From Actinomycetes bacterium (GTDB lineage Bacteria > Actinomycetota > Acidimicrobiia > Acidimicrobiales > Bog-793), in contig JAJZBI010000001.1 in the NCBI GenBank assembly GCA_021798985.1, positions 128,194-192,193 on the forward strand: a stretch of DNA of 64,000 nt, in the 5' to 3' direction. Each line of letters starts with the position of its first letter. Position 1 is the first letter of the stretch. A program made the translations under genes and the position numbers. Shown here piece by piece: positions 29,318-40,575 of this stretch. The notes under the pieces are model-generated. The model had not been told where the DNA came from and made no database searches. It was given only the letters and a program-made list of their open reading frames with translations.

Positions 29318-30015
29318 CGCTGCTCGAGCGCAGCGGGCTCGCTGGCGGGCGGGAGATGGTGGGCCTCGGCCGCCCAGCGGGCGAGGCGGGCGAGGTCGTC
29401 GAGCTCGGTGATCTTCAAATTGCGCGGCTCGCCGGGCACGACCACCACCTCGGCGCCGATCGCCTCGAGCAGGCCGGCGTCGTCGGTGGCCTCGGGCGCG
29501 CCGGCGTGCGCGCGCCGCAGCGCCTCGGCACGGAATGCCTGGGGCGTCTGGACGGCGACGAGCTCGCGGCGGTCGAGGGTCTCGGTGACGCGGCCGTCGC
29601 GCACCCGCTTCACCGTGTCGGTCATCGCCAGGCCGGGGATCGCGCCGTCTGCACCCGCGCGCACCGCGTCGAGGACGGCGGCGAAGAGCGCCGGCGAGGC
29701 CAGCGGGCGGGCGGCGTCGTGCACGAGGACGTAGGCGACGTCACCCGGGACGAGCGCGAGGCCCGCGCGTACCGAGTCCGCCCGGGTCGTGCCACCCGCA
29801 GTGACGTGCACGCATCCGGCACGTCGCCGCTCATCGTCGAGCGCTTCGGGCGGAAGCACGAGCACCACCTCGTCGACCACGAGGCGCGCCGTCTGCACCG
29901 ACCACTCGACGACCAAGCGGTCACCGAGCGGCTCGAACTGCTTGGCCCGCCCGAATCGACGTCCCTCGCCGCCGGCGACCACCACCGCCCAGGCGGCGCC
30001 CCCCGGCGCTGGCAC
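29314..30015 (-). CDS. ispD: 2-C-methyl-D-erythritol 4-phosphate cytidylyltransferase
   Basis: VVVAGGEGRRFG and VLVHDAARPL motifs, with a 4-nt overlap with ispF. Confidence 0.9.
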   Translation of the reverse strand: MPAPGGAAWAVVVAGGEGRRFGRAKQFEPLGDRLVVEWSVQTARLVVDEVVLVLPPEALDDERRRAGCVHVTAGGTTRADSVRAGLALVPGDVAYVLVHDAARPLASPALFAAVLDAVRAGADGAIPGLAMTDTVKRVRDGRVTETLDRRELVAVQTPQAFRAEALRRAHAGAPEATDDAGLLEAIGAEVVVVPGEPRNLKITELDDLARLARWAAEAHHLPPASEPAALEQR

Positions 30016-30017
30016 GA

Positions 30018-30494
30018 CTAGGGGAGCTCGGCGTTCAGCCGCTCTTCGGCCTCCGCCTCGCTCACGCCGATGGCGAAGGTCAGCTCGGAGACGAGGATCT
30101 GCCGGGCGCGGTTGAGCATCCGCTTCTCGCCAGCGGACAGGCCCTTGTCCTTGTCTCGGATGGAGAGGTTCCGCACCACCTCGGCAACCTGGTAGATGTC
30201 ACCGGACTTGAGCTTCTCGACGTGGTTCTTGTAGCGGCGGGACCAGTTGGTCGGCATCCGCGCCTCCTTCTTGCGAAGGACGGCGAACACCTCCTCGACC
30301 TCCTCGTCGTTGATCACCTCGCGCAGACCCACCTCATCGGTGTTGTCCGCGGGGACCATCAAGGTCAAGTCGCCGTAGGCGAGGCGCAAGACGAGGTACT
30401 CGCGCTTCTCGCCGAAGGCCTCGCGCACCTCCCGGCGCTCGACCACGGCGGCGCCGTGGTGCGGATAGACGACCTTGTCGCCGACGTCGAACAC
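30018..30494 (-). CDS. carD: CarD family RNA polymerase-binding transcriptional regulator
   Basis: FDVGDKVVYPHHGAAVV..YLVLRLAYGDLTLMVP..NWSRRYK. GTG start follows GGGAGG. Confidence 0.93.
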   Translation of the reverse strand: MFDVGDKVVYPHHGAAVVERREVREAFGEKREYLVLRLAYGDLTLMVPADNTDEVGLREVINDEEVEEVFAVLRKKEARMPTNWSRRYKNHVEKLKSGDIYQVAEVVRNLSIRDKDKGLSAGEKRMLNRARQILVSELTFAIGVSEAEAEERLNAELP

Positions 30495-30596
30495 TGCAGC
30501 GCCTCCCTGAAGCCCACCGGCGCGTCACATCCTGACGCTCGCGCGGGGACTGAACCACCAGGCGGCACCGGGGCCTCGACGGCAGCCGCGACCACT

Positions 30597-30626
30597 ATTC
30601 TACCTTTCCAGGCGCCTCCAGCTGAA
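30597..30626 (-). promoter_or_regulatory. Candidate sigma-A-type promoter for carD (TTCAGC-N18-TAGAAT on minus strand)
   Basis: The minus strand reads TTCAGCTGGAGGCGCCTGGAAAGGTAGAAT about 100 nt upstream of carD. This is a motif match only. Confidence 0.35.
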
Positions 30627-30638
30627 CACGCCGCGGCG

Positions 30639-31565
30639 TCAGTGCTGGTGGGCCGCCCGCCACAGCAGCCGCTGGCCACGCGGCACGATCGCCGCCGAGA
30701 GCTCCCCGGCACCGTCCTCGCCATAGGCGAGGTTGAGCACGCCGGCGACTTGCTGGGTGGCGAGCAGGGAGTCGGTCGGCAGCTTGGACAGCCGCGTCAG
30801 CGCCTCGTCGACCACCGGCTCGAGGTCTTCCTCGCCCGGCCGGCCGCGCACGTAGTCCGCGACCACCAGGCGGCGCTCCTCGTGGACGCCAGCGATCAGC
30901 TCTTCGAGCTGGAGCCGGAGCAGCCGGCCCTGCGCACCGAGCTCGGTGATCAGCTCGCGCACCGAGCGCGCCACGCGCAGCACCATCTCCATGCGCTGGA
31001 GGACGACCGCCACCTGATAGAGCGACACGGCCTGGGCGAGCTCTTCCTGGTCGAGGTGCTCGAGCACCTCGTCGAGGCGCGACTTGAAGCGCTCGAGCGT
31101 CTGCAGCAGGTGGTTCGCCCGCCCGATCAGCGAGTCGGTGTCCTGCAGCTGGCGCCGCAGGTCGCACTCATAGAGGGTGATCGCCCCGGTCTCCTCCGAG
31201 ACGGCGACGACGGGCACGCCGATGCTGCGCGCCACCCGTTCGGCGGTGCGGTGCCGGGTGCCGGTCTCGGTCGTTGGTGCCGAGGGGTCCGGGATGAGGT
31301 GCACGTTCGCCCACGCGATACGGCGCGCCTCCCGGTCGAGGACGATGGCGCCGTCCATCTTGGCGAGCTCGGAAAGCCGCTGCGGGCTCATCTCGGCATC
31401 GATGTGGAAGCCTCCCGAGCAGATCCGCAGCACCTCCGGGCCGTCCCCGAGCACGACGAGCGCACCGAGGTGGGCCCGCAGGATGCGCTCGAGGCCCTCG
31501 CGCAGTGGCGAGCCCGGGACGACGCGGGCGAGCAGCTCTTCGAGGTGACCCTCCGGCTCGTCCAC
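30639..31565 (-). CDS. disA: DNA integrity scanning protein DisA (diadenylate cyclase), short form lacking the C-terminal HhH domain
   Basis: DAC motifs DGAIVLD and GTRHRTAERV and the helical linker domain are present. The ORF ends at ..IVPRGQRLLWRAAHQH*, at 308 aa versus roughly 355-360 aa in characterised DisA proteins as I recall. Confidence 0.85.
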   Translation of the reverse strand: MDEPEGHLEELLARVVPGSPLREGLERILRAHLGALVVLGDGPEVLRICSGGFHIDAEMSPQRLSELAKMDGAIVLDREARRIAWANVHLIPDPSAPTTETGTRHRTAERVARSIGVPVVAVSEETGAITLYECDLRRQLQDTDSLIGRANHLLQTLERFKSRLDEVLEHLDQEELAQAVSLYQVAVVLQRMEMVLRVARSVRELITELGAQGRLLRLQLEELIAGVHEERRLVVADYVRGRPGEEDLEPVVDEALTRLSKLPTDSLLATQQVAGVLNLAYGEDGAGELSAAIVPRGQRLLWRAAHQH

Positions 31566-31574
31566 GTCGGCAGC

Positions 31575-32903
31575 CTACCGAAGGGTGTCGACCGCCTCGG
31601 CGAGGTCCCGCACCCGCACGAGCTCGATCCCCTCGAGTTCCGCCGGCGCCGACCACGGCACGATCGCCCGGCGAAAGCCGCGCCGCGCCGCCTCGGCGAG
31701 GCGCTTGGGGGTCTGGGTGACCTGGCGCACCTCGCCCCCGAGGCCGACCTCGCCGCAGGCGACCACCTCGGCGGGAACCGGGCGCCCGAGGGCCGAGGAG
31801 GCGAGCGCGAGCGCGAGCGCGAGATCGCTCGCCGGCTCGCTCACCCGCACCCCGCCGACGGCAGACGCGAAGACGTCGTAGCGGCCGAGCGGGCAGCCTG
31901 CCCGGCGCTCGAGCACGGCGACGAGCAGCGCAAGGCGCCCCGGGATGAGCCCCTGGGCCGTGCGCCGCGGCGTGCCGAGCGCGCTCTCGGCCACGAGCGC
32001 CTGGATCTCGACGAGGAGGGGGCGGCGCCCCTCGAGCACCGGGGCGACCACGCAGCCCGCCGCCCCGGGCCGCCGGTCGGCGAGCATGAAGGCGCTCGGG
32101 TCCGCCACGCTCACGAGGCCGTGCTCGCCCATGGCGAACACCCCGAGCTCCCCCGTCGGTCCGAAGCGGTGCTTGTTGACCGCGAGCATCCGCAGCGCGT
32201 GGTGCCGGTCGCCCTCGAAGCTGCACACCGTGTCGACGAGGTGCTCGAGCACGCGCGGGCCGGCGAGCTCGCCTTCTTTGGTCACGTGGCCGACGAGCAC
32301 GGTGGCGATCTGGCGCTGCTTGGCGAGCGACACGAGCCGTGCCGCCACCTCGCGCACCACCGCGACGCTGCCGGCCGCACCGAGATCGGGGTCGCCAAGC
32401 GTCTGGACGGAGTCGATGACGAGCAGCTCGGGCGCCAGGCGCTCGGCTGCGGCTACGGCCTCGGCGAGCGAGGTGGTGGCGAGCAGCGAGACGCCGTCGA
32501 CGGCCGCGTCGAGTCGGTCCGCGCGGCGCCGGATCTGCCCGGCGGACTCCTCGGCCGAGCAGATCAGCACCTTCGCCCCACCGAGCGCGACGGCCGCCGC
32601 CAGCTGGAGCAGGAGTGTCGACTTGCCCACCCCGGGCTCACCGCCGACGAGGGTCACCGAGCCAGGCACGAGGCCGCCCGACAACGCACGGTCGAACTCG
32701 GCGATCCCGGTCGGGCGGGGCTCCCCGCCGTCGCTCGAGACCTCAACGAGCGCCACCGGCTCGGCGAGCACGCCGCGAGCGCTCGCACCGACGCGTTCTT
32801 CGGCCAGGCTGTTCCATGCCCCACAGTGCGGGCAGCGTCCCGCCCAGCGCGCGGCGGTGGTCCCGCACTCCCGGCAGCGATGCGTGGTCCGCGCTCGGCT
32901 CAT
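31575..32903 (-). CDS. radA: DNA repair protein RadA/Sms
   Basis: N-terminal zinc ribbon CRECG..CPHCGAWN, Walker A GGEPGVGKST, KNRFG-like motif (VNKHRFGPTGE) and a Lon-like C-terminal domain. Confidence 0.93.
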   Translation of the reverse strand: MSRARTTHRCRECGTTAARWAGRCPHCGAWNSLAEERVGASARGVLAEPVALVEVSSDGGEPRPTGIAEFDRALSGGLVPGSVTLVGGEPGVGKSTLLLQLAAAVALGGAKVLICSAEESAGQIRRRADRLDAAVDGVSLLATTSLAEAVAAAERLAPELLVIDSVQTLGDPDLGAAGSVAVVREVAARLVSLAKQRQIATVLVGHVTKEGELAGPRVLEHLVDTVCSFEGDRHHALRMLAVNKHRFGPTGELGVFAMGEHGLVSVADPSAFMLADRRPGAAGCVVAPVLEGRRPLLVEIQALVAESALGTPRRTAQGLIPGRLALLVAVLERRAGCPLGRYDVFASAVGGVRVSEPASDLALALALASSALGRPVPAEVVACGEVGLGGEVRQVTQTPKRLAEAARRGFRRAIVPWSAPAELEGIELVRVRDLAEAVDTLR

Positions 32904-33004
32904 GGCCTCAGCGTAGAGACCGGGTGTCCCAGCACGACGGAGCGCTCCCTAACCTCGCAGAGGCCGCCGGATCGAGGCGGCGCCAAGGCGAAGAGGAGGG
33001 GCCG

Positions 33005-33445
33005 ATGCCCACGAGAACCGCCCGAACCGAATGGTCCGGCAGCCTGCAGGAAGGTGCCGGGCGCGTCGAACTCGCCAGCTCGGGGATCGGCACCTACGAC
33101 GTGTCCTTCCCCCGGCGCGCCGCGGAGGACGCGGAGGGGACCACCAGCCCCGAGGAGCTGATCGCCGCCGCCCACTCCGCCTGTTTCGCGATGGCGCTGT
33201 CCGGCGCGATCGGCGCGGCCGGCGGCAGCACCCGGCGCCTGCACGTGCGCGCCGAGGTCGGCCTCGGCCCCGACCCCGCCGGCGGCTACCGCCTGACCCG
33301 CATCGACCTCACGGTGCGCGGTGACGTCGACGGCCTGGACGAGGGGGCCTTCGTCCAGGCGGCGGAGGGGGCGAAGGCGAACTGCCCGGTGAGCAAGGCG
33401 CTCACCGGCGTGCCGATCCACCTCGACGCGGCGCTCGGCGCCTGA
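33005..33445 (+). CDS. osmC: OsmC family peroxiredoxin
   Basis: In-frame part of ORF 32615..33445, starting MPTRTARTEWSGSLQEGAG. The two conserved cysteines lie in AAHSACF and ANCPVSKAL. Confidence 0.85.
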   Translation: MPTRTARTEWSGSLQEGAGRVELASSGIGTYDVSFPRRAAEDAEGTTSPEELIAAAHSACFAMALSGAIGAAGGSTRRLHVRAEVGLGPDPAGGYRLTRIDLTVRGDVDGLDEGAFVQAAEGAKANCPVSKALTGVPIHLDAALGA

Positions 33446-33478
33446 GCGTGGTCGCCCGAGACGCCCCCGGGCGACAAT

Positions 33479-33515
33479 CAATGAGGGGGGCCGCCTGAGG
33501 CGGCCCCCCTCATTG
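33479..33515. terminator. Bidirectional hairpin terminator between convergent osmC and clpC
   Basis: CAATGAGGGGGGCCGCC-TGA-GGCGGCCCCCCTCATTG is a perfect 17-bp stem. Confidence 0.8.
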
Positions 33516-33530
33516 GTCTCAACGCGTTCC

Positions 33531-36020
33531 TCAAGAGTCGGCGCCGGCTCCCGCCATCTCCACCGGCGGAGGCTCGATGCCCTCGACAGAGCGGAAGACC
33601 AGCTCCTCGCCCTCCAGATCGACGATGACCGTCTCGCCGACCCGGAACTCCTTCCACAGGAGCTTCTCCGACAGCGGGTCCTCGACCAGCTGTTGGATCG
33701 CCCGGCGCAAGGGACGGGCGCCGAGCGAGGGCTCGTAGCCACGGCGGGCGACGAACTCCTTGGCGGCCCGGGTGAGCTCCAGGCTGACCCCTTGGTTCTC
33801 GAGCTGCTCCCGCACCCGCTTGATCATCAGGTCGACGATCTGGACGACCTCGTCGAGCTGCAGCTCGTGGAAGACGATCACCTCATCGATGCGGTTCAAG
33901 AACTCCGGTCGGAAGTGCGCCTTCAGCGCCTCGTTGACCTTCGCCTTCATGCGCTCGTAGGTGACCGCCTCGGTCGACTTGGCGAAGCCGAGCGTGGCCT
34001 TGCGCAGGTCGGACGTGCCGAGGTTGGACGTCATGATCAGCACGGTGTTCTTGAAGTCCACCGTGCGGCCCTGGGAGTCGGTGAGGCGACCGTCCTCGAG
34101 AATCTGCAGCAAGGCGTTGAAGACGTCCGGGTGGGCCTTTTCGACCTCGTCGAAGAGCACCACCGAGAACGGCTTGCGCCGCACCGCCTCGGTCAGCTGG
34201 CCGCCTTCCTCGTAGCCGACGTAGCCGGGAGGCGAGCCGACGAGGCGGCTCACCGTGTGCTTTTCCATGTACTCGCTCATGTCGAGCTGGATGAGCGCCG
34301 ACTCGTCGCCGAAGAGGAACTCGGCGAGCGCCTTGGCGAGCTCGGTCTTGCCGACCCCGGTCGGGCCGAGGAAGATGAACGACCCCGAGGGTCGCTTGGG
34401 GTCCTTCAGGCCGGCACGCGTCCGCCGGATCGCCCGCGACAGCGCCTTGATCGACTCCTCCTGGCCGACGATCCGCTTGTGCAGCTCGTCCTCCATCCGG
34501 AGCAGCTTCGCCGTCTCCTCCTCGGTGAGCTTGTAGACGGGGATGCCCGTCCAGTTGGCGAGCACGTCGGCGATGACGTCCTCGTCGACCACGTCGAACA
34601 GGTCCACGCCCTCAGCGCGCCACTCCTGCTCGAGGGCCGCCTTGCGCTCGAGCTTGGCCTGCTCTTGCTCGGAGAGCTTGCGCAGCTGCTCGGCGTTGCC
34701 GCGCTGGCGCGCGGCCTCCTTCTCGGCGCGCAGCTTGGACAGCTCCTCTTCGAGGCTGCGGTACTCCGGCGGCGTCGACATGCGGCGGATCCGCAGGCGG
34801 CTGCCGGCCTCGTCGATCAGGTCGATCGCCTTGTCCGGCAGGTAGCGGTCCGAGATGTAGCGGTCGGCGAGGTTCGCCGCGGCGACGAGCGCCTGGTCGG
34901 TGATGGTGACCTGGTGGTGCTCCTCGTAGCGGTCGCGCAGGCCCTTCAAGATCTCGATCGTGTGCGGCAGCGACGGCTCTTCGACCTTGATCGGCTGGAA
35001 GCGGCGCTCGAGCGCGGCGTCCTTCTCGAGGTGCTTGCGGTACTCATCGAGCGTCGTGGCGCCGATGGTCTGCAGCTCGCCGCGCGCCAGCATCGGCTTC
35101 AAGATGGAAGCGGCGTCGATGGCGCCCTCGGCGGCGCCCGCGCCGACGAGGGTGTGGAGCTCGTCGATGAACAGGATCGTGTCGCCTCGGGTGCGGATCT
35201 CCTTCAGCACCTTCTTCAGCCGCTCCTCGAAGTCGCCCCGGTAGCGGCTGCCGGCGACGAGCGCACCGAGGTCGAGGGTGTAGAGCTGCTTGCCCTTCAA
35301 GGTCTCGGGAACCTCGTTGGCGACGATCTGCTGGGAGAGGCCCTCGACGATCGCCGTCTTGCCAACGCCCGGCTCGCCGATGAGCACGGGGTTGTTCTTG
35401 GTGCGGCGCGAGAGCACCTGCATCAGGCGCTCGATCTCGCGATCGCGCCCGATCACCGGGTCGAGCTTGTGGTCACGGGCCAGCTGGGTGAGGTTCCGCC
35501 CGAACTGGTCGAGCACGGGCGACCCCGCCGTCGTCTGCTCGGGGCCTGCACCGCCGGGCGTGGCTCCGGCGGTCTCGCGGCCCATCGATCCCGAGAGCAG
35601 CTGGATGACCTGCTGACGCACGCGCGGCAGGTCCGCACCCAGGCTCTGGAGCACCTGTGCGGCGACGCCCTCGCCCTCGCGCACCAGGCCGAGGAGCATG
35701 TGCTCGGTGCCGATGTAGTTGTGGCCGAGCTGCAGCGCCTCGCGCAGCGACAGCTCGAGGACCTTCTTCGCCCGCGGCGTAAACGGGGGCGAGCCGGTCG
35801 GCGCGGAGCCCGCGGGGCCGATCGTCTCCTCGACCTTGTCGCGCACCGCCTCCAAGGAGATGCCCAGCGACTCCAGGGCCTTGGCCGCCAAGCCCTCACC
35901 CTCGTGGATGAGGCCAAGCAGGATGTGCTCGGTCCCGATGAAGCTGTGGTTGAGGAGGCGCGCCTCTTCCTGAGCGAGGACCAGAACCCGCCGTGCCCTG
36001 TCGGTGAATCGCTCGAACAA
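33531..36020 (-). CDS. clpC: ATP-dependent Clp protease ATP-binding subunit ClpC
   Basis: (M)[12 protein letters not shown]-domain, two AAA+ modules ([16 protein letters not shown]) and a UVR-like middle domain. I prefer the second TTG (36020), 6 nt after GAGGGAG. The ORF track starts at the TTG at 36026. Confidence 0.95.
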   Translation of the reverse strand: MFERFTDRARRVLVLAQEEARLLNHSFIGTEHILLGLIHEGEGLAAKALESLGISLEAVRDKVEETIGPAGSAPTGSPPFTPRAKKVLELSLREALQLGHNYIGTEHMLLGLVREGEGVAAQVLQSLGADLPRVRQQVIQLLSGSMGRETAGATPGGAGPEQTTAGSPVLDQFGRNLTQLARDHKLDPVIGRDREIERLMQVLSRRTKNNPVLIGEPGVGKTAIVEGLSQQIVANEVPETLKGKQLYTLDLGALVAGSRYRGDFEERLKKVLKEIRTRGDTILFIDELHTLVGAGAAEGAIDAASILKPMLARGELQTIGATTLDEYRKHLEKDAALERRFQPIKVEEPSLPHTIEILKGLRDRYEEHHQVTITDQALVAAANLADRYISDRYLPDKAIDLIDEAGSRLRIRRMSTPPEYRSLEEELSKLRAEKEAARQRGNAEQLRKLSEQEQAKLERKAALEQEWRAEGVDLFDVVDEDVIADVLANWTGIPVYKLTEEETAKLLRMEDELHKRIVGQEESIKALSRAIRRTRAGLKDPKRPSGSFIFLGPTGVGKTELAKALAEFLFGDESALIQLDMSEYMEKHTVSRLVGSPPGYVGYEEGGQLTEAVRRKPFSVVLFDEVEKAHPDVFNALLQILEDGRLTDSQGRTVDFKNTVLIMTSNLGTSDLRKATLGFAKSTEAVTYERMKAKVNEALKAHFRPEFLNRIDEVIVFHELQLDEVVQIVDLMIKRVREQLENQGVSLELTRAAKEFVARRGYEPSLGARPLRRAIQQLVEDPLSEKLLWKEFRVGETVIVDLEGEELVFRSVEGIEPPPVEMAGAGADS

Positions 36021-36277
36021 TCTCAACTCCCTCTGTTCGACCTCTTCGGCCTTAGTCTACAGACCGACTCGCCGCCGCCGCCCTCGCCACCGCGTGATGA
36101 AGCGATGAGGACACCAACGGCTCCCCCATGCCCGATATCGAGGACGAAGGGCTTCGTCGGGATTCTTTCCCCCGATGCATGCCCCGCCCACCAACTTCGC
36201 CAAGCACCGCTTGGAACGGTCCCGCCGCCCGGTGCCTGTTGTCGGGTGCCGGGGCCGGTGGCGTATCGTGCACCACA

Positions 36278-37273
36278 GTGAACGCCCCCGACCTCTTTCT
36301 GCTTCCCGTCCCCGAGGAGGAATTCGGCCGGCTCGAGGAATGCCTGCTGGCGATGGTGAGCCAGGAGGACCCCTTCATCGACGAGGTGGCGAGCCATCTC
36401 GTCAAGGCGGGGGGCAAGCGGCTGCGCCCGGCGCTCTCGATCGCCGCCGCCTCGCTGTCGGGACGGGTGGCGAGTGAGGAGACCCTGCTCGGGGGCGTCT
36501 GCGTCGAGCTCATCCACCTGGCATCGCTCTACCACGACGACGTCATGGACGAGGCGACGCGGCGCCGCAACGTCGTGAGCGTGAACGGGCGCTGGGGCAA
36601 CCTCGTCGCCATCGTCGCAGGGGACTACCTCCTCGCCCGATCGGCGGAGATCGCCGCCTCGCTTGGCATCGAGGTCGCCCAGCTCGTCGCGGCCACCATG
36701 GCGAGGCTGTGCCAAGGCCAGCTCTCTGAGGTCAAGTCCGCCTACCGCGTCGATCGCAGCGAGGAGGCCTACCTCGCGACCATCGCCGACAAGACCGCCG
36801 CGCTGATGGCGACCGCCTGCCGGATCGGTGGCATCACCGCCGGCCTCGAGCGCCCCCAGATCGAGACGCTCACGCACTTTGGCGAGTGCCTCGGCGTGGT
36901 CTTCCAGATCCGCGACGACGTCTTGGACATCGTCGCCAGCGAGCACGAGCTCGGCAAGCCGCCGGGCCAAGACCTCGCCGAGGGCATCTACACGCTGCCG
37001 GTGCAGCGGGCGCTCGCCGACCGCAAGGTGGGGCCGCGCCTTCGCGAGCTGCTCGGTGGCCCGCTCGGGCGCGAGGAGATCGAGATCGCCCGCGAGCTCG
37101 TGGCGGACTCGGACGGCATCACCTTCGCCGCGGATGCGGCGCGCCGCTACGCAGCGCTCGCCGCCGAGGCGGCGGCATCCCTCGGTGATGGCGAGGTCCC
37201 CCAGGCCCTCGGCGAGCTCGGCATCAGCCTCCTCGAGGACCTCGAGCGCTCGACGCGGGCGCTCGCCAGCTAG
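36278..37273 (+). CDS. Polyprenyl diphosphate synthase (trans-isoprenyl diphosphate synthase family)
   Basis: In-frame part of ORF 36128..37273 (GTG 36278). First and second Asp-rich motifs are LYHDDVMDE and FQIRDDVLD. Chain length is not inferable. Confidence 0.85.
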   Translation: MNAPDLFLLPVPEEEFGRLEECLLAMVSQEDPFIDEVASHLVKAGGKRLRPALSIAAASLSGRVASEETLLGGVCVELIHLASLYHDDVMDEATRRRNVVSVNGRWGNLVAIVAGDYLLARSAEIAASLGIEVAQLVAATMARLCQGQLSEVKSAYRVDRSEEAYLATIADKTAALMATACRIGGITAGLERPQIETLTHFGECLGVVFQIRDDVLDIVASEHELGKPPGQDLAEGIYTLPVQRALADRKVGPRLRELLGGPLGREEIEIARELVADSDGITFAADAARRYAALAAEAAASLGDGEVPQALGELGISLLEDLERSTRALAS

Positions 37274-38762
37274 CCTGCCGCCTCGGCTTCGTCGGCGCCC
37301 TCGCCGACCTCGTCTCCTGGCTCCCCATCCTCGGCGCGCATTTCGCCCCGGCCGAGCGGCCGCAGCGCCGGGAACAGGATCACCTCGCGGATGTTCGCCT
37401 TGTCGGCGAGCAGCATCACGAGGCGGTCGATGCCGATCCCGATGCCGCCCGTCGGCGGCATGCCGTGCTCGAGCGCCCGCAAGAACTCCTCGTCGAGCGC
37501 CATTGCCTCCTCGTCACCGGCCGCGCGCTCCTCGGCTTGGAGCGCGAAACGGGCACGCTGCTCGTCGGGGTCGGCGAGCTCGGAGAAGGCGTTGACGAGC
37601 TCTCGGCCGGCGACGACCGCCTCGAAGCGCTCGACGTAGCCCGGCCGCGTGCGGTGGTCGCGCGCGAGCGGCGAGACCTCCTTGGGGTAATCGGTGACGA
37701 ATACCGGCTGGAAGAGCGCGTGCTCGGTGGTGTGCTCGTAGACGTCCTGGAGGATCTTGCCGGCACCGTCGTGCTCGCCGACGTCGACCCCAAGGGTGGC
37801 CGCTCGCCGCGCCAGCTCGTCGCGCCCGAGCGCCAAGGTGAGCTCGACCCCGGTCTGCTCGCGCACGAGCTCCTCCATGGTCGCTCGGCGCCAAGGCGGG
37901 CTGAGGTCCAACGCGCGGCCTTGGTAGGTGAAAACCGTGTCGCCCTTGGTCTGGCGGGCAACCTCGGCGACGACGCCCTCGACGAGCTCCATCATGTCGC
38001 GGTAGTCGGCGTAGGCCTGGTAGAGCTCGAGCATCGTGAACTCGGGGTTGTGCCGCGGCGAGAGCCCCTCGTTGCGGAACACCCGGCCGATCTCAAAGAC
38101 CCGCTCGAAGCCGCCGACGATCAAGCGCTTCAGGTACAGCTCGATGGCGATGCGCAGGTAGAAGTCGGCGTGCAGGGCGTTGTAGTGGGTGACGAAGGGA
38201 CGCGCGTGGGCGCCGCTCGCGATCGGGTGGAGGATCGGCGTCTCAACCTCGACGAAGCCGCGCCCTTCGAGCTCGCGGCGCAGCGCGCTCAGCACCTGGG
38301 AGCGCAGGAGGAAGGTGTCGCGCACGCCCTCGTTCGCCCACAGGTCCACCTCGCGTTGGCGATGGCGCGTCTCGATGTCGCGAACGCCCCGCCACTTGTC
38401 GCCAAAGTCGCGCCGGGCGCGGGCGAGCAGGCTCCAGGACTCCACCCGGACCGAGAGCTCGCCACGACGGGTGCGCACGACCTCGCCGCACGCGCCCACC
38501 CAATCCCCAAGCGAGAGGGCTTCGAAGCGGCGGTACTCGGGCGTCCTCGACTCGTCCGCGAAGAGCTGGATCGCCCCGGTCCAGTCCCGCAGCTCGGCGA
38601 AGGTCACCTTCCCCTGGCTGCGCAGGCGCATCACCCGCCCGGCGACGCTCGCCTGGACGCCGGAGCCGGCGCCGGGGGCGAGGTCGGCAAAGCGCGGGTC
38701 GGCGGCCACGGTCTGGGCGCTGTCGCCCGCTTCGTAGCGGTACGGCGCCTCGTCGATGTGAC

Positions 38763-38766
<4 letters not shown>
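37270..38766 (-). CDS. lysS: Lysine--tRNA ligase (class II)
   Basis: In-frame part of ORF 37270..38961. The GTG at 38766 follows GGGAGGG and forms a GTGA overlap with the coaX stop. [27 protein letters not shown] and [13 protein letters not shown] motifs are present. Confidence 0.93.
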
Positions 38767-39626
<860 letters not shown>

Positions 39627-39676
39627 GGGTTGTTGTCTAGCCGACAGCGCGAGCGGCGCTCGCGTCGCCACGTCGC

Positions 39677-40195
39677 CTAGGGTGCGCTCGCCCGGACGAG
39701 CTCGCCCACCTTGCGCACCGCCGCCGCCACGGCCGCCTCGCCGCCAAGGCGCGCTCGCCAGCCGCTCGGCGCGAGCTCAGGGCTCAGGTCCTCGAGCGGC
39801 GCGAGCACGAACGCCCGCTCGAACAGACGGGGGTGCGGTACCTGCAGCCGCTCGGTATCGACGCTCAGCGGCTCGCACCCGCCTGGGCCGAGGCGCTCGA
39901 GGAGCAAGACGTCGACGTCAAGGGTGCGGGGGCCGAAGCGCTCGAGGCGCACCCGCCCGGCCTCTTGCTCGAGGGCGGCGGCGAGCTCGAGGACGCCCTC
40001 GGGCGCGAGGTCGACGACGAGGCGGGCGACAGCGTTCAGGTAGGGGCCCTGTGCCGGCCCGCCCACCGGGGCCGTCTCATAGATCGGCGAGACGGCGCAG
40101 TCGGCATCGATGGCGCACAGCCGCTCCACGGCCCGGCCGATCGTGGCCCAGCGGTCGCCAAGGTTCGAGCCGAGACCGAGGTGCGCCCGCAGCAC
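39677..40195 (-). CDS. folK: 2-amino-4-hydroxy-6-hydroxymethyldihydropteridine diphosphokinase
   Basis: LGLGSNLGDR, SPIYETAPVG and GPRTLDVDVLL motifs. Confidence 0.9.
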   Translation of the reverse strand: MLRAHLGLGSNLGDRWATIGRAVERLCAIDADCAVSPIYETAPVGGPAQGPYLNAVARLVVDLAPEGVLELAAALEQEAGRVRLERFGPRTLDVDVLLLERLGPGGCEPLSVDTERLQVPHPRLFERAFVLAPLEDLSPELAPSGWRARLGGEAAVAAAVRKVGELVRASAP

Positions 40196-40197
40196 GC

Positions 40198-40575
40198 TTA
40201 GGCGCCCGCCTGCTCGCGGAAGCGCTCGATGCGGACCCCGGCGCTCACGAGGTCGACGGCGACCGGAGGCCGCAGCTTGCGGACGCTCACCACCACCGAC
40301 TCAAGGCGCCCGAAGCGGTCGAGCAGGCGGGCCGCGACCGTCTGCGCGAGCGCCTCGAGCAGGGCGAAGCGCTCGCCGGTGACGATCGCCTCGACGAGGC
40401 TCAGCACGGCGCCGTAGTCGAGCGTCGAGGCGAGGTCGTCGTTCGCTCCCGCCTCGGCGAGGTCGACGCGCAGCTCCAGATCGAACTCGAAGGGCTGCGC
40501 CCGGTGTCGTTCTTCTTCGAGGACGCCGTGGGTCCCGAGCAGCCGCAGCCCCCGAAGGACGATGACGTCGCTCAC
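40198..40575 (-). CDS. folB: Dihydroneopterin aldolase
   Basis: LRGLRLLGTHGVLEEERHRAQPFEFDLEL and DYGAV motifs. GTGA overlap with the upstream gene. Confidence 0.9.
   Translation of the reverse strand: MSDVIVLRGLRLLGTHGVLEEERHRAQPFEFDLELRVDLAEAGANDDLASTLDYGAVLSLVEAIVTGERFALLEALAQTVAARLLDRFGRLESVVVSVRKLRPPVAVDLVSAGVRIERFREQAGA

Noticed and set aside
30222-33161. 979-aa ORF on the plus strand
   Set aside because: It is antisense to carD, disA and radA, which all have strong family motifs. It is Arg/Gly/His-rich nonsense and therefore an artefact.
33513-36281. 922-aa ORF on the plus strand
   Set aside because: It is exactly antisense to clpC, with a repetitive L/D/E/R/G composition mirroring clpC codons. 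It is an artefact.
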